Virus record (IMG/VR): IMGVR_UViG_3300005805_000425
Span: 1 to 25,946 of that record
Reading direction: 5' to 3' (one strand)
Source of the DNA: a virus
Taxonomy: Duplodnaviria; Caudoviricetes
Length of the DNA stretch: 25,946 nt
Shown: piece after piece, positions 1-7,815 of the stretch
How positions within the stretch are numbered: position 1 is the first letter of the stretch
Layout: each line of letters starts with the position of its first letter
The notes under the pieces: model-generated
Seen by the model: only the letters and a program-made list of their open reading frames with translations
What the model was told of the DNA's origin: nothing
Database searches by the model: none
Position numbers and translations under genes: made by a program

Positions 1-1
1 G

Positions 2-265
2 CCATATGGTGAAGTTGTTGAATCGAAAAGAACAGTTGAATTTTATGCGGACAGTTTAAATCAAATTCTTTCTGAGTTTGAAACTTTTCTTCGTGGTTCT
101 GGTTATCATTTTGATGGCAATATTGATATTGTTGAAGAAGAATCATATGAGGAATATAGAGAAGAAACTCAATTTGATTTTTCTGAAATGCCGCAAAACA
201 ACTGGCCATTTAAAGAAGTTCATTTTCAATCAGATGATGTTGTTGAAAAGGCAAGCGAAAGATAA
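2..265 (+). CDS. 5'-truncated acidic hypothetical phage protein (PYGEVVESKRTVEFYADSLNQILSEFETFLRGSGYHFDGNIDIV...KASER*)
   Basis: Not in the ORF track. Frame 2 is open from the window edge to TAA at 263-265, which overlaps the gp33 ATG (TAATG coupling). Codon usage matches neighbouring genes. Confidence 0.75.
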   Translation, partial: PYGEVVESKRTVEFYADSLNQILSEFETFLRGSGYHFDGNIDIVEEESYEEYREETQFDFSEMPQNNWPFKEVHFQSDDVVEKASER

Positions 266-489
266 TGCCAACAAAAGATGAAATGGCAAAGTTTGCTAAG
301 GCAATAGATGCATTAGTAGCAAAAACTGATCTTAATTATATCGAAGCAATTATTGAACATTGCAAAGAAACTGGTTTAGAAATTGAAGTTGCAGCATCAT
401 TAGTTAATGCAAATTTAAAAGCAAAATTAGCCAACGATGCTATAGATTTGAATTTGTTGAAAGAAAAAGGCAATAGACTTCCAATATGA
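265..489 (+). CDS. 33: Late promoter transcription co-activator gp33
   Basis: 74 aa with YIEAIIEHCKETGLEIE..A.L....LK.KL...A..LNLL....RLPI, typical of gp33; lies upstream of gp59 and gp32 as in T4-like phages. Confidence 0.9.
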   Translation: MPTKDEMAKFAKAIDALVAKTDLNYIEAIIEHCKETGLEIEVAASLVNANLKAKLANDAIDLNLLKEKGNRLPI

Positions 490-1097
490 GAATCAAAGAA
501 AAAGATTTTCTTATTTTAAATAAAAAGCCTCTCATTGCAATAAAAAGAAACTTTCTTCTTGATGAAGAATGTGATTCTTTATGCTCTGCTGCAAAAGAAC
601 AAGGTCTGAATTCTTCAACCGTTCTTGTTGAAAATTCAAATGTTCACAACACCTACAGAGTGAGTTCAGATTGCTATCTAAGATATAATGAGGGAATAAA
701 CGGTGAGATAAGAAAAAAACTTTCAAAATTAGTTTCTCATCCAATTAAGTATTTTGAAAATACTACAGTTATAAAATACGAAAAAGAACAGTATTATAAA
801 CCTCACTATGATTTTTTCTATGATCATCAGATACAAGTAAGGCGACAAAGAGTTGCTACTGCAATTTGTTATTTGAATACGCCAATTGGTGGCGAGACAA
901 CTTTTCCCAAATTAAATATTGTTCACAAGCCTCAAAAAGGCGATCTTTTATTTTTTAGATACGATTACGATAAAGAAATAAATCCATTGACGATGCATGA
1001 AGGAGTGCCGCCAACTGAAGGCGAAAAATGGATTGCAACAATTTGGATGCAAGAAAAACTTAAATTATTTGATTCAATTAAATGGTTATATAAATGA
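486..1097 (+). CDS. 2OG-Fe(II) oxygenase, prolyl 4-hydroxylase-like
   Basis: NFL..EEC N-terminus, Y...Q.YKPHYD (HxD), R.AT...YLN, GGETTFP, distal His in TMHEG, and 2OG-binding Lys in GEKW.AT.W. ATGA overlaps with both neighbours. Confidence 0.88.
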   Translation: MRIKEKDFLILNKKPLIAIKRNFLLDEECDSLCSAAKEQGLNSSTVLVENSNVHNTYRVSSDCYLRYNEGINGEIRKKLSKLVSHPIKYFENTTVIKYEKEQYYKPHYDFFYDHQIQVRRQRVATAICYLNTPIGGETTFPKLNIVHKPQKGDLLFFRYDYDKEINPLTMHEGVPPTEGEKWIATIWMQEKLKLFDSIKWLYK

Positions 1098-1687
1098 CTG
1101 GTTATGAAACATTTGGACTTTACGAATCTCTCAAACTACATTTCTCAAAAGATTCTTATGACTTCTTCAAATACAATGGTAAGACAAACATAAGCATAAC
1201 TGTATTTGAAAATCGAAAAGACAAATATCACTTTTATAAACTTTCTCGAAAATATTCAAATAAAGATATTCTGATAGATTTTTTAGTTGCAAACCTATTA
1301 AAAGATGAAAAAATATGGGTTGGTAAGCTTTTAGAAGAAGATTCCGAAGTGACATTTCGTAGTCGCCAAAAGGTAATTCAAAGTCTTTCTTATGTTTTTG
1401 AAAATGATTGCATTAACTTATTTGAAAACACCAATGATCCAAATTCAATTCTCAAAACAGATGGCGACTATCCTAAATTATTAACAATGCAAACACGCAA
1501 AGAAGTTACAATTGAAACAGTTTGCCTTTTAAATCAAATTTTAAATTTTTTGCCGATGTGGGAAAAGAAAATTACCGATACAATTATGGCACCAATTCAT
1601 TTGCGTAAAATTAAAAAGTATACCCCATTTTTACCATCTGATATAGTAAAATATAAGTTGATACTAAAGAAAGTTTTAGGCAAATGA
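1094..1687 (+). CDS. 59: Helicase loader gp59
   Basis: Y.SLKLHF....YDFFKYNGK, F..RKDKY.F.KLSRKY, .TIET...L and KI.KY.PFL motifs; synteny with gp33 and gp32. Confidence 0.9.
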   Translation: MTGYETFGLYESLKLHFSKDSYDFFKYNGKTNISITVFENRKDKYHFYKLSRKYSNKDILIDFLVANLLKDEKIWVGKLLEEDSEVTFRSRQKVIQSLSYVFENDCINLFENTNDPNSILKTDGDYPKLLTMQTRKEVTIETVCLLNQILNFLPMWEKKITDTIMAPIHLRKIKKYTPFLPSDIVKYKLILKKVLGK

Positions 1688-2172
1688 TTAAAATAATTTA
1701 TTTGGATATGGATGGCGTTATTTGTGACTTTGAAAAAAAGTTTACAGAATACTATGGTTTTCTTTCATTGGTAAAGAGAGATCGCAAACAATGGTCAACT
1801 GATTGGGAAGATTTTATTCTTCGTAAAAGAGGATTTGAAAAGTTAGATTGGTTTCCTGGTGGTCAAAAATTATTGAATGTAATACGAAGCACGAACTTGC
1901 CAGTAGAGATTCTCTCATCATCTGGTGGCGAAAGATTTCATGGCGAGGTAACCATACAAAAAATTAAATGGTTAAGAAATCATGGAATCAATTATAAAGC
2001 AAACATTGTTGCAGGTCGTAAACATAAAAAGAATTGGTCAAAACCAGATGCAGTAATTATTGATGATACGCCTGATGTAATTAGTTCTTGGAATAAAGAA
2101 GGTGGCATAGGCATACTTCATAAAGATGTAAAAGAAACCATAAAAACGCTTGAAACTTTACTAAATAAATGA
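1684..2172 (+). CDS. HAD-superfamily hydrolase, 5'(3')-deoxyribonucleotidase-like
   Basis: IYLDMDGV (HAD motif I), ILSS (motif II), K..WL, IIDD (motif IV), W...GGIGILH. Confidence 0.8.
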   Translation: MIKIIYLDMDGVICDFEKKFTEYYGFLSLVKRDRKQWSTDWEDFILRKRGFEKLDWFPGGQKLLNVIRSTNLPVEILSSSGGERFHGEVTIQKIKWLRNHGINYKANIVAGRKHKKNWSKPDAVIIDDTPDVISSWNKEGGIGILHKDVKETIKTLETLLNK

Positions 2173-2178
2173 TATATT
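2150..2178 (+). promoter_or_regulatory. Sigma70-like promoter for gene 32 with an embedded late-promoter-like CTAAATA
   Basis: TTGAAA (2150-2155), 17 bp spacer, TATATT (2173-2178) preceded by TGn (extended -10). CTAAATA at 2161-2167 lies in the spacer. Confidence 0.5.
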
Positions 2179-2185
2179 ATGTTTA

Positions 2186-2229
2186 TGTGGATAAGTCGTT
2201 TATATATCGTTAATACTCCGTTTATACGA
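2186..2229 (+). repeat. 11-nt periodic repeat in the gene 32 leader
   Basis: TGTGGATA at 2186, CGTTTATA at 2197, CGTTAATA at 2208 and CGTTTATA at 2219, abutting the Shine-Dalgarno-like AAAGGA. Confidence 0.65.
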
Positions 2230-2240
2230 AAGGAAATACT

Positions 2241-3122
2241 ATGAGTAGTTTTGCATCCCTAAAGCGCAATCGCAATGATTTGGAAAAACTCACAAAGGCG
2301 ATTGAAGCAACAACACAAACCTCTGAAGCAGGTTCAAAAGAAGATAATCGATTCTGGCAACCCGAAGTAGATAAGGCAGGCAATGGCATGGCAGTCATTC
2401 GCTTTCTTCCTGCACCGGCTGCTGATGGCGATGATGCATTGCCTTGGGTTCGTATCTTCTCACATGGTTTTCAAGGACCAGGAGGTTGGTACATTGATAA
2501 CTGTTTGACAACTATCAATGAAAAATGTCCAGTTTGTGAACACAATAATACATTATGGAATTCTGGCATTGAAGCAAATAAAGATATTGCAAGAAAACAA
2601 AAACGCAAACTGTCTTACATTGCAAATGTTCTTGTAATTTCTGATCCAAGTAATCCCTCAAATGAAGGTCAAATCAAACTGTTTAAGTTTGGTAAGAAAA
2701 TCTTTGATAAAATTACTGAGGCAATGAATCCTGAGTTTGCAGATGAAACGCCTGTTAACCCATTTGATTTTTGGGAAGGCGCCAACTTCAAACTAAAGAT
2801 TCGTAATGTTGAAGGTTATCGTAATTATGATAAATCAGAGTTTGCTGATAAGTCTGCACTCTTTGATGGTGATGATGCTAAATTGGAAGAACTCTGGAAG
2901 TCTGAATTTGGTCTCAAAGAATTTGCAGAGAAAAAACAATTTAAATCATATGATCAACTTAAATCTCGCCTCGATAAAGTTCTTGGATTTGATGGTGCAA
3001 CACCAACACCAAAAACTAAGGCAGTTGATACAATTAAAGAGGATGATATTTCTTTGATTGATAAATCTTCTGCTGAAGATGAAGATTTAGATTATTTTAA
3101 ATCCCTTGCGGAATCTAACTGA
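2241..3122 (+). CDS. 32: Single-stranded DNA-binding protein gp32
   Basis: D.RFW.P..DK.GNG.AVIRFLP, zinc site H..(NC)...CPVC, FKFGKKIFDKI, PFDFWEGANFKLK, NYDKSEF and an acidic C-terminal tail. Confidence 0.97.
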   Translation: MSSFASLKRNRNDLEKLTKAIEATTQTSEAGSKEDNRFWQPEVDKAGNGMAVIRFLPAPAADGDDALPWVRIFSHGFQGPGGWYIDNCLTTINEKCPVCEHNNTLWNSGIEANKDIARKQKRKLSYIANVLVISDPSNPSNEGQIKLFKFGKKIFDKITEAMNPEFADETPVNPFDFWEGANFKLKIRNVEGYRNYDKSEFADKSALFDGDDAKLEELWKSEFGLKEFAEKKQFKSYDQLKSRLDKVLGFDGATPTPKTKAVDTIKEDDISLIDKSSAEDEDLDYFKSLAESN

Positions 3123-3148
3123 TTCTTAACCCATGCCATGCAAGTGCG

Positions 3149-3174
3149 GCCCCACCCTTGAGGTGGGGTTTTTT
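3149..3174 (+). terminator. Rho-independent terminator after gene 32, at a convergent junction
   Basis: Stem CCCCACC (3150-3156), loop CTTGA, GGTGGGG (3162-3168), then TTTTTT. Confidence 0.85.
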
Positions 3175-5068
3175 ATGCGTATGAAGAAGATACTATTGCA
3201 TCAACAATGTCTTTATCATATGCTGATGCAGGTTTCGCTTTACCACCAGAAGAAGATGCAACACTAGTTCTTTGTGAATTATCAATCACAACATTTCCAC
3301 CACTTGAAGCTCTACGACCATCAGCAACAGCAGAAGATGCAGTTGCGACTACTGCACCACTAGAAGGTGCTGAAGCAATTTGCTGAACTGCTGATACTCT
3401 TGCGGCACTTGCAGTTTTCATACTTGCAAATTGTATAAATTCTTCATTTGATCCCGTTTTTAAATTAGGGTTATATTTTAATACCTGCGCTCTTTGTTGT
3501 TCGGTCAATCCTTGACCACTTAAAACTCTTTTAGCGCCACCTGGACCTAAGAAATGTGCAAGATATAATTCATCAACATTTGCAGGATCAGATGGATTAA
3601 TACCAAGAGTTGCAGCATTTTCTTTTGTGTATTCTGCCGCCATAAGAGCAGATGCTTTATTATTGTATCGAAGATTTAATTGTTCTTCTTTTGTCATGTT
3701 TGATGGATCATAACCATATTTTTTACCATGCTTTTGAAGCATTGATAACCAAGTGCTTTCAATAAATTGAAAGGGTCCTCTCGCACTACTTGTTTTACTT
3801 TCAACAAATTTACCTAGACTTGACTCTAATTGACCAAAAATTGCAAGGGTTTGTGCTGAAACTCCTGTTGCAGAGGCCGCATTATTAATCGCATCACCAA
3901 TTGATAAATCTTTTGTTGGTGATGTTGTTGCCGCAGCTGTTTTAGCAGGAGATGGGGTTGGTGCAGTTGATGGTTCTCCAGAAACAACATATCCTCCTGT
4001 GCCTGTCATAATTGCACTACCAGTTCCACTTACAACAACATTCGATGGAACTGTTTCTGCCTGAGGAACAACTGGCGTTGGTGTTGTAGGTATTTCTGGT
4101 GCAGTAGACAAACCTAATCTTCTTCTTTCTGCTTCACTTTCATCAGGCAATGCTTTAATTGCATCTTGACGATCTAATTCTGCGGCAGCTGCTCGAACCG
4201 CAGGATCTTCAGATTGCCTCATACTCTCACGGGTTTTTCTTAATTCTTCTGCTGTTGCAGGTTCTGGTGCTGGCGCTGCAACGGCTCTTTGTTCTGGTGT
4301 ATAACCACCTTCTTTTTCCATTTCATCTACTGTTTTGGCTTCACCAGAATCTCTTTTAATTAAAAAATATAAAAGACCTGCAAGTCCAGCAATTCCTAAA
4401 ACTGGTAAAGTAGCAGATGCCAAAAATGGTAAAACTTTAGCTAATGCGCCAGAAAGTTTAGCGCCAGCACCTGCGGCCGCACCGCCTAATTTACCACCTA
4501 ATGCACCAAGTAACGAATCTAATAATCCTGAAGTTTCAACAAATAAAGCAGTTTGTTTAGTCTGTCCATCCCTAGTTTTTCCAATTGATGCTCGGGTTGC
4601 TCCTATTGGACTTGTTCTACCTCTTAGTTTAGCAAAAGCAGATTCAAACATTGATTCTCTTTCTGCTGCTCTTTTAAAAAACATGTCGCCCTTTACAGCA
4701 GCAGTACCACCTTGAAGTTTTACCATCTTTGCAATATTTTGTCTCATTAAGTTCATATCTCTTGCCATTGCAGGAAGAACCATTGAATTTTTTGCAGATA
4801 GTTTTGTTGCAGCAGAAATTTCAGAAAATGCACGAACATCTAGTGATGGTGCAGGAGTTAATTTAGATGCAAGAGATCCTGCCTCTAGTGACTTTGTAGG
4901 TTTTATTGCACTATAAGATTTTAAAGAAGGAAACATTGTAGCGATGATACCACTACGATCAAAAATTTGTCTTGGATCTAGTTTTTCACCTAGTCGTTTA
5001 GTTGCTGTAGATGCAACTCCACCACCAGATTTAACCTCTTGTTTGTATATTTCTGCTAATCGTGACAT
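3173..5068 (-). CDS. Tape-measure/baseplate hub (gp29-like) protein with a lytic transglycosylase (SLT-like) domain
   Basis: 631 aa, close to T4 gp29 size. Helical Ala/Gly-rich N-half, hydrophobic segment FLASATLPVLGIAGLAGLLYFLI, Pro/Thr linker, then QLESS...SSARGPFQFIESTW...YLAHFLGPGGA (lysozyme-like fold motifs). Lies downstream of gp26/gp51. Confidence 0.7.
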   Translation of the reverse strand: MSRLAEIYKQEVKSGGGVASTATKRLGEKLDPRQIFDRSGIIATMFPSLKSYSAIKPTKSLEAGSLASKLTPAPSLDVRAFSEISAATKLSAKNSMVLPAMARDMNLMRQNIAKMVKLQGGTAAVKGDMFFKRAAERESMFESAFAKLRGRTSPIGATRASIGKTRDGQTKQTALFVETSGLLDSLLGALGGKLGGAAAGAGAKLSGALAKVLPFLASATLPVLGIAGLAGLLYFLIKRDSGEAKTVDEMEKEGGYTPEQRAVAAPAPEPATAEELRKTRESMRQSEDPAVRAAAAELDRQDAIKALPDESEAERRRLGLSTAPEIPTTPTPVVPQAETVPSNVVVSGTGSAIMTGTGGYVVSGEPSTAPTPSPAKTAAATTSPTKDLSIGDAINNAASATGVSAQTLAIFGQLESSLGKFVESKTSSARGPFQFIESTWLSMLQKHGKKYGYDPSNMTKEEQLNLRYNNKASALMAAEYTKENAATLGINPSDPANVDELYLAHFLGPGGAKRVLSGQGLTEQQRAQVLKYNPNLKTGSNEEFIQFASMKTASAARVSAVQQIASAPSSGAVVATASSAVADGRRASSGGNVVIDNSQRTSVASSSGGKAKPASAYDKDIVDAIVSSSYA

Positions 5069-5209
5069 TTATTTTTTTGCCCTTTGTTGCATTTTAATTT
5101 TTTCGTTTTCTTCTTCCAAATATTTGATCAACAAGGTTAGATATATTTCCCTTTCCCATGGTACCATATTTTCCAATTCTGTCAAACTATATTTGTGATG
5201 TTGCATCAT
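5069..5209 (-). CDS. 51: gp51-like baseplate hub assembly protein (46 aa from ATG; frame open further upstream without a start codon)
   Basis: Not in the ORF track. Translates MMQHHKYSLTELENMVPWEREIYLTLLIKYLEEENEKIKMQQRAKK*, matching the small gp51-annotated ORF of aquatic T4-like phages. Stop abuts the next ATG. Confidence 0.85.
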   Translation of the reverse strand: MMQHHKYSLTELENMVPWEREIYLTLLIKYLEEENEKIKMQQRAKK

Positions 5210-5256
5210 AGCAAAATTAGTTTGGTAATAATTATTTAAGGTATCATGCGAAAGGG

Positions 5257-5988
5257 TTAGACGAAAAAATTTTGTAGTCCTTCTACTGTGATATCTTCTT
5301 TATAATCACACTTACGACAATTAAAACTTAATTTTTTTCTAAGTTTAGGTGTCGTTTCAAAAAACTGTTGTATTTTTTCTAAATCTTTTTGTTGCAAATT
5401 ATCAATAAATTCAACAAGCTCTTCATTTGAAACATCTTTAGCATAATAAATCTTGTCATCATCAAAAACATAATCAATACAATTTGCAAGAAGTTCAATT
5501 AAAATTTCTTCTTCAGTTTTACCTTTCAAACTAGAAACAGTCTCAAATGTCGGATATTTCATCATAATACCCAACTTGTTGTTTATCATAATTTTTTTAT
5601 CGTGATTTAAATTTTTTTCAGGTTCTATCTCTAGTATGTTTACATCAAATTTTTCTACTGATCCGCAAGGTTTTTCTTCACCATTTTCATCTTTTACTTT
5701 GTTGTTACATTTGTATTGAAGATTTACTACTTCGTTTACAGATCTTGCCCTAAGATTTAGAAAAATATATTCTAAATCAAAAACAGGTAAAGATTCAACT
5801 TCAACATCATCAATGATACAATTTTTAGATATTTGTTTAACTACATTTAACGCATCTTTAGGATCTTCTGATTGTGCAGCCATAAGTAAAAGTTTTTGTT
5901 CTTTCACCAAAAATGGTCTGAACCGAATCTTTTTTCCTGATGATATAAGTTTCAATTCATAAATTGGTACATCAATTTTAGGTAACAT
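5257..5988 (-). CDS. 26: Baseplate hub assembly protein gp26 (T4 gp26/gp51 family)
   Basis: MLPKI..P.YEL, RPFLVKEQK.LL.A, FDLEYIFL.LRARSV.E, MKYP, FF...PKL, C..C and terminal EGLQNFF. Confidence 0.88.
   Translation of the reverse strand: MLPKIDVPIYELKLISSGKKIRFRPFLVKEQKLLLMAAQSEDPKDALNVVKQISKNCIIDDVEVESLPVFDLEYIFLNLRARSVNEVVNLQYKCNNKVKDENGEEKPCGSVEKFDVNILEIEPEKNLNHDKKIMINNKLGIMMKYPTFETVSSLKGKTEEEILIELLANCIDYVFDDDKIYYAKDVSNEELVEFIDNLQQKDLEKIQQFFETTPKLRKKLSFNCRKCDYKEDITVEGLQNFFV
5263..5272 (-). other. Candidate -1 ribosomal frameshift site (overlapping A_AAT_TTT and T_TTT_TTC heptamers)
   Basis: Minus strand reads CAA AAT TTT TTC GTC TAA. Both heptamers fit X_XXY_YYZ in the gp26 frame, and the -1 frame is the gp51-like frame. 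Confidence 0.65.
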
Positions 5989-6007
5989 AATGTCCTCGCT
6001 TGTTTAA

Positions 6008-6757
6008 TTAAAATGCACGGCCAATAGGCAATTTCCTTGCAGCAACAGAACCAAAAAGTGAAGTGGCAGCTGCTGCCAAATCATAATTTCCGTTGTATAT
6101 TACTTTGTATTTTTGATATGCAAAATTAACTTGCAATCGATGAAACCCATCTTCAGACCAACTTAATGCCTGTGGTGCTATGCCTACTGGAAAAGCATCT
6201 ATAAGTTCTACTGCATAAATTTGTTTAATAAATTCATCGTATTGAATAATTTTAATATTACACATATATCTTGTAGATTGACCTTTTGGAAATCTCAGAT
6301 TATTTGTATCTGATGGGTGAATTGCTTCCATCCAACGATCAAATAATTTTCTCTCAAAAAAATCATTAGTGCAAAGAAAAGTAAAACTTGTATCACCATA
6401 TTGTGTTTGATATGGTACCTTAAATGTAGGACCATAAATTTTAACATCTGCTGTTTGTAATGTTTTTCCTGGCAACTCTGCTACTTCACATTGTAATGCC
6501 AAATATCTTGATAAAGATGAATTAGATGTTTTTGAATATTCATCTGATTGACCATTACGACCAAATGCAGAACCAATTGCATCAGAAATATCAGTAAAAA
6601 TTGAATTTGGAAAATTTAATATTTTTTCAATTACAGAACTCCCAACAAATTGATTTATGTATGGAGGTATTGGAAGAATGACCTCAAATCTTGATGGTTT
6701 GGCAAGACCATCTTTTCCTCGAATGTTTGATAAAAACAAATTTGGTGAAAATGACAT
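6008..6757 (-). CDS. Tail tube initiator gp54-like / gp19 tail-tube-fold protein
   Basis: GLAKP.RFEV, LQCE.AELPG..L.T, YGP..K.PY, F..WM..I, I.QY, L..AFP, LSW, L.V.F.Y: tail-tube fold pattern. Confidence 0.75.
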   Translation of the reverse strand: MSFSPNLFLSNIRGKDGLAKPSRFEVILPIPPYINQFVGSSVIEKILNFPNSIFTDISDAIGSAFGRNGQSDEYSKTSNSSLSRYLALQCEVAELPGKTLQTADVKIYGPTFKVPYQTQYGDTSFTFLCTNDFFERKLFDRWMEAIHPSDTNNLRFPKGQSTRYMCNIKIIQYDEFIKQIYAVELIDAFPVGIAPQALSWSEDGFHRLQVNFAYQKYKVIYNGNYDLAAAATSLFGSVAARKLPIGRAF

Positions 6758-7336
6758 TTAAAATTTCTTTCTTGATTCTGCGTAAACTTTACTTGGCGTT
6801 GCATTTACAAAATTACTAACTGGTAATAGTGCAGCAATATCCCACTCATCAGCAGATATCTCTAAAAAACGAGATTTGATATTTGTAAAGAAATATCTCT
6901 TGATGCATGGCGTTGCTTCAAAAATTGTTGATGCTTTTTTTAAATAATCATATCTGACTTTTAATTTTGTTGTTTCGTCAAATTCATTATTGTTTAATGT
7001 ATCACTTAATTTGTCTAAAAGGATGATGCGTTGCTTTGGGTGAATGTAATGCAAATTCAACCCTAAGAAACCGTCTGAGTATCGTTCAATTGGTATGACC
7101 AATGGGAACCTGTCGTAATATGGCAACACATCTTTTGTCTTTGGATCATAAAAGTAAAAATACATTCGTCCTAAAAAAGACCTATTTTTCAATCTATTTC
7201 TATCTGCCATTAAAGATTGTGGCGTAGGCTTTAGATTTGAAACCTTTTGTTTCAACCAACTTCTTGCTAGATTTGTGCGAGGTGCAATGCCTTCTTTGGC
7301 AAGAGATTGCTTGATTCTTTCGATTAAATAGGCCAT
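6758..7336 (-). CDS. 2: DNA end protector protein gp2
   Basis: GRMYFYFYDPKTK..LPYYDRFPLV, GFLGLNLHY, PCIKRY and W..A..LP...F motifs. Confidence 0.93.
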   Translation of the reverse strand: MAYLIERIKQSLAKEGIAPRTNLARSWLKQKVSNLKPTPQSLMADRNRLKNRSFLGRMYFYFYDPKTKDVLPYYDRFPLVIPIERYSDGFLGLNLHYIHPKQRIILLDKLSDTLNNNEFDETTKLKVRYDYLKKASTIFEATPCIKRYFFTNIKSRFLEISADEWDIAALLPVSNFVNATPSKVYAESRKKF

Positions 7337-7340
7337 TCCC

Positions 7341-7348
7341 TATTTATC
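7341..7348 (-). promoter_or_regulatory. T4-type late promoter GATAAATA upstream of gene 2
   Basis: nATAAATA a few bases before the ATG, in a 12-bp intergenic gap. Confidence 0.65.
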
Positions 7349-7780
7349 TCAGATTCCTAGGTCTTTTTCAGTTATGATTTTGAACTGCCAACCATGCTCT
7401 TTACAGAACAAATCTGCGGCACGCCACTTTTCTTGATTGATGGCATATGTGACTGCCTCTTGTAAAAACTTTTGTGTCTTTCGTTTTTGCGTAGGCATTT
7501 GAGTTTGCTTCTCAGGTTTCACTTCCAAAACTAAGGTCTTAATTGACCCATCTTTTTGTTTTGTTTTTACAACAAAGTCTGGAAAATAACGATGCACTTT
7601 CTTATCAACTGGCGATACATAAGGTATGTGTAGTTCTTCACTTGCCCACCAAATAACATTTGGATTTTCATCCAAATATTTCATAACTCTCGCTTCCCAA
7701 GAAGAACGGTAAATTATGTTGTTTGCATTACCGTTATATTTCTGAGGATTTTTTGGGCGAAACCATCCTTTGTATGACAT
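7349..7780 (-). CDS. 4: Head completion protein gp4 (TnsA-like PD-(D/E)xK nuclease fold)
   Basis: YKG.F.P.NP.KY.G....I.YRSSWE, W.SEE..IPY.SP.D...HRYFPDF, EVKP..Q, N..KW.AA...C...GW.F.I.TE. Confidence 0.95.
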   Translation of the reverse strand: MSYKGWFRPKNPQKYNGNANNIIYRSSWEARVMKYLDENPNVIWWASEELHIPYVSPVDKKVHRYFPDFVVKTKQKDGSIKTLVLEVKPEKQTQMPTQKRKTQKFLQEAVTYAINQEKWRAADLFCKEHGWQFKIITEKDLGI

Positions 7781-7785
7781 AAATA
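7778..7785 (+). promoter_or_regulatory. T4-type late promoter CATAAATA for the gp48-baseplate operon
   Basis: Motif overlaps the gp4 start codon on the opposite strand, about 30 bp before the gp48 ATG; AGGA RBS follows. Confidence 0.65.
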
Positions 7786-7815
7786 CTATCTATCTCTCTT
7801 TTATAGGAAAATTTT

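Noticed and set aside
78-281. 67-aa ORF with a hydrophobic N-terminus from the ORF track
   Set aside because: It is an alternative frame over the better-supported open frame 2..265, which couples to gp33 via TAATG; it has a TTG start and no RBS.
2186-2194. Perfect DnaA box (TGTGGATAA) as a replication origin signal
   Set aside because: It is a single copy, a 9-mer can arise by chance in 26 kb of AT-rich DNA, and T4-like phages replicate independently of DnaA. It is kept only as part of the leader repeat.
4159-5198. Plus-strand ORFs 4159-4359, 4335-4715 and 4944-5198, and the other short shadow ORFs inside long genes
   Set aside because: They are antisense or out-of-frame shadows of well-supported genes, with no motifs or RBS.
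5233-5240. CTTAAATA (minus strand) as a dedicated late promoter for stand-alone gp51
   Set aside because: It deviates from the nATAAATA seen elsewhere in the window and lies in sequence that reads as coding in the -1 frame (T-L-N-N). It cannot be fully excluded.
7349-7780. TnsA-like nuclease as a transposon or homing endonuclease
   Set aside because: Motifs and position next to gp2 identify it as the core head completion protein gp4; there are no mobile-element ends.
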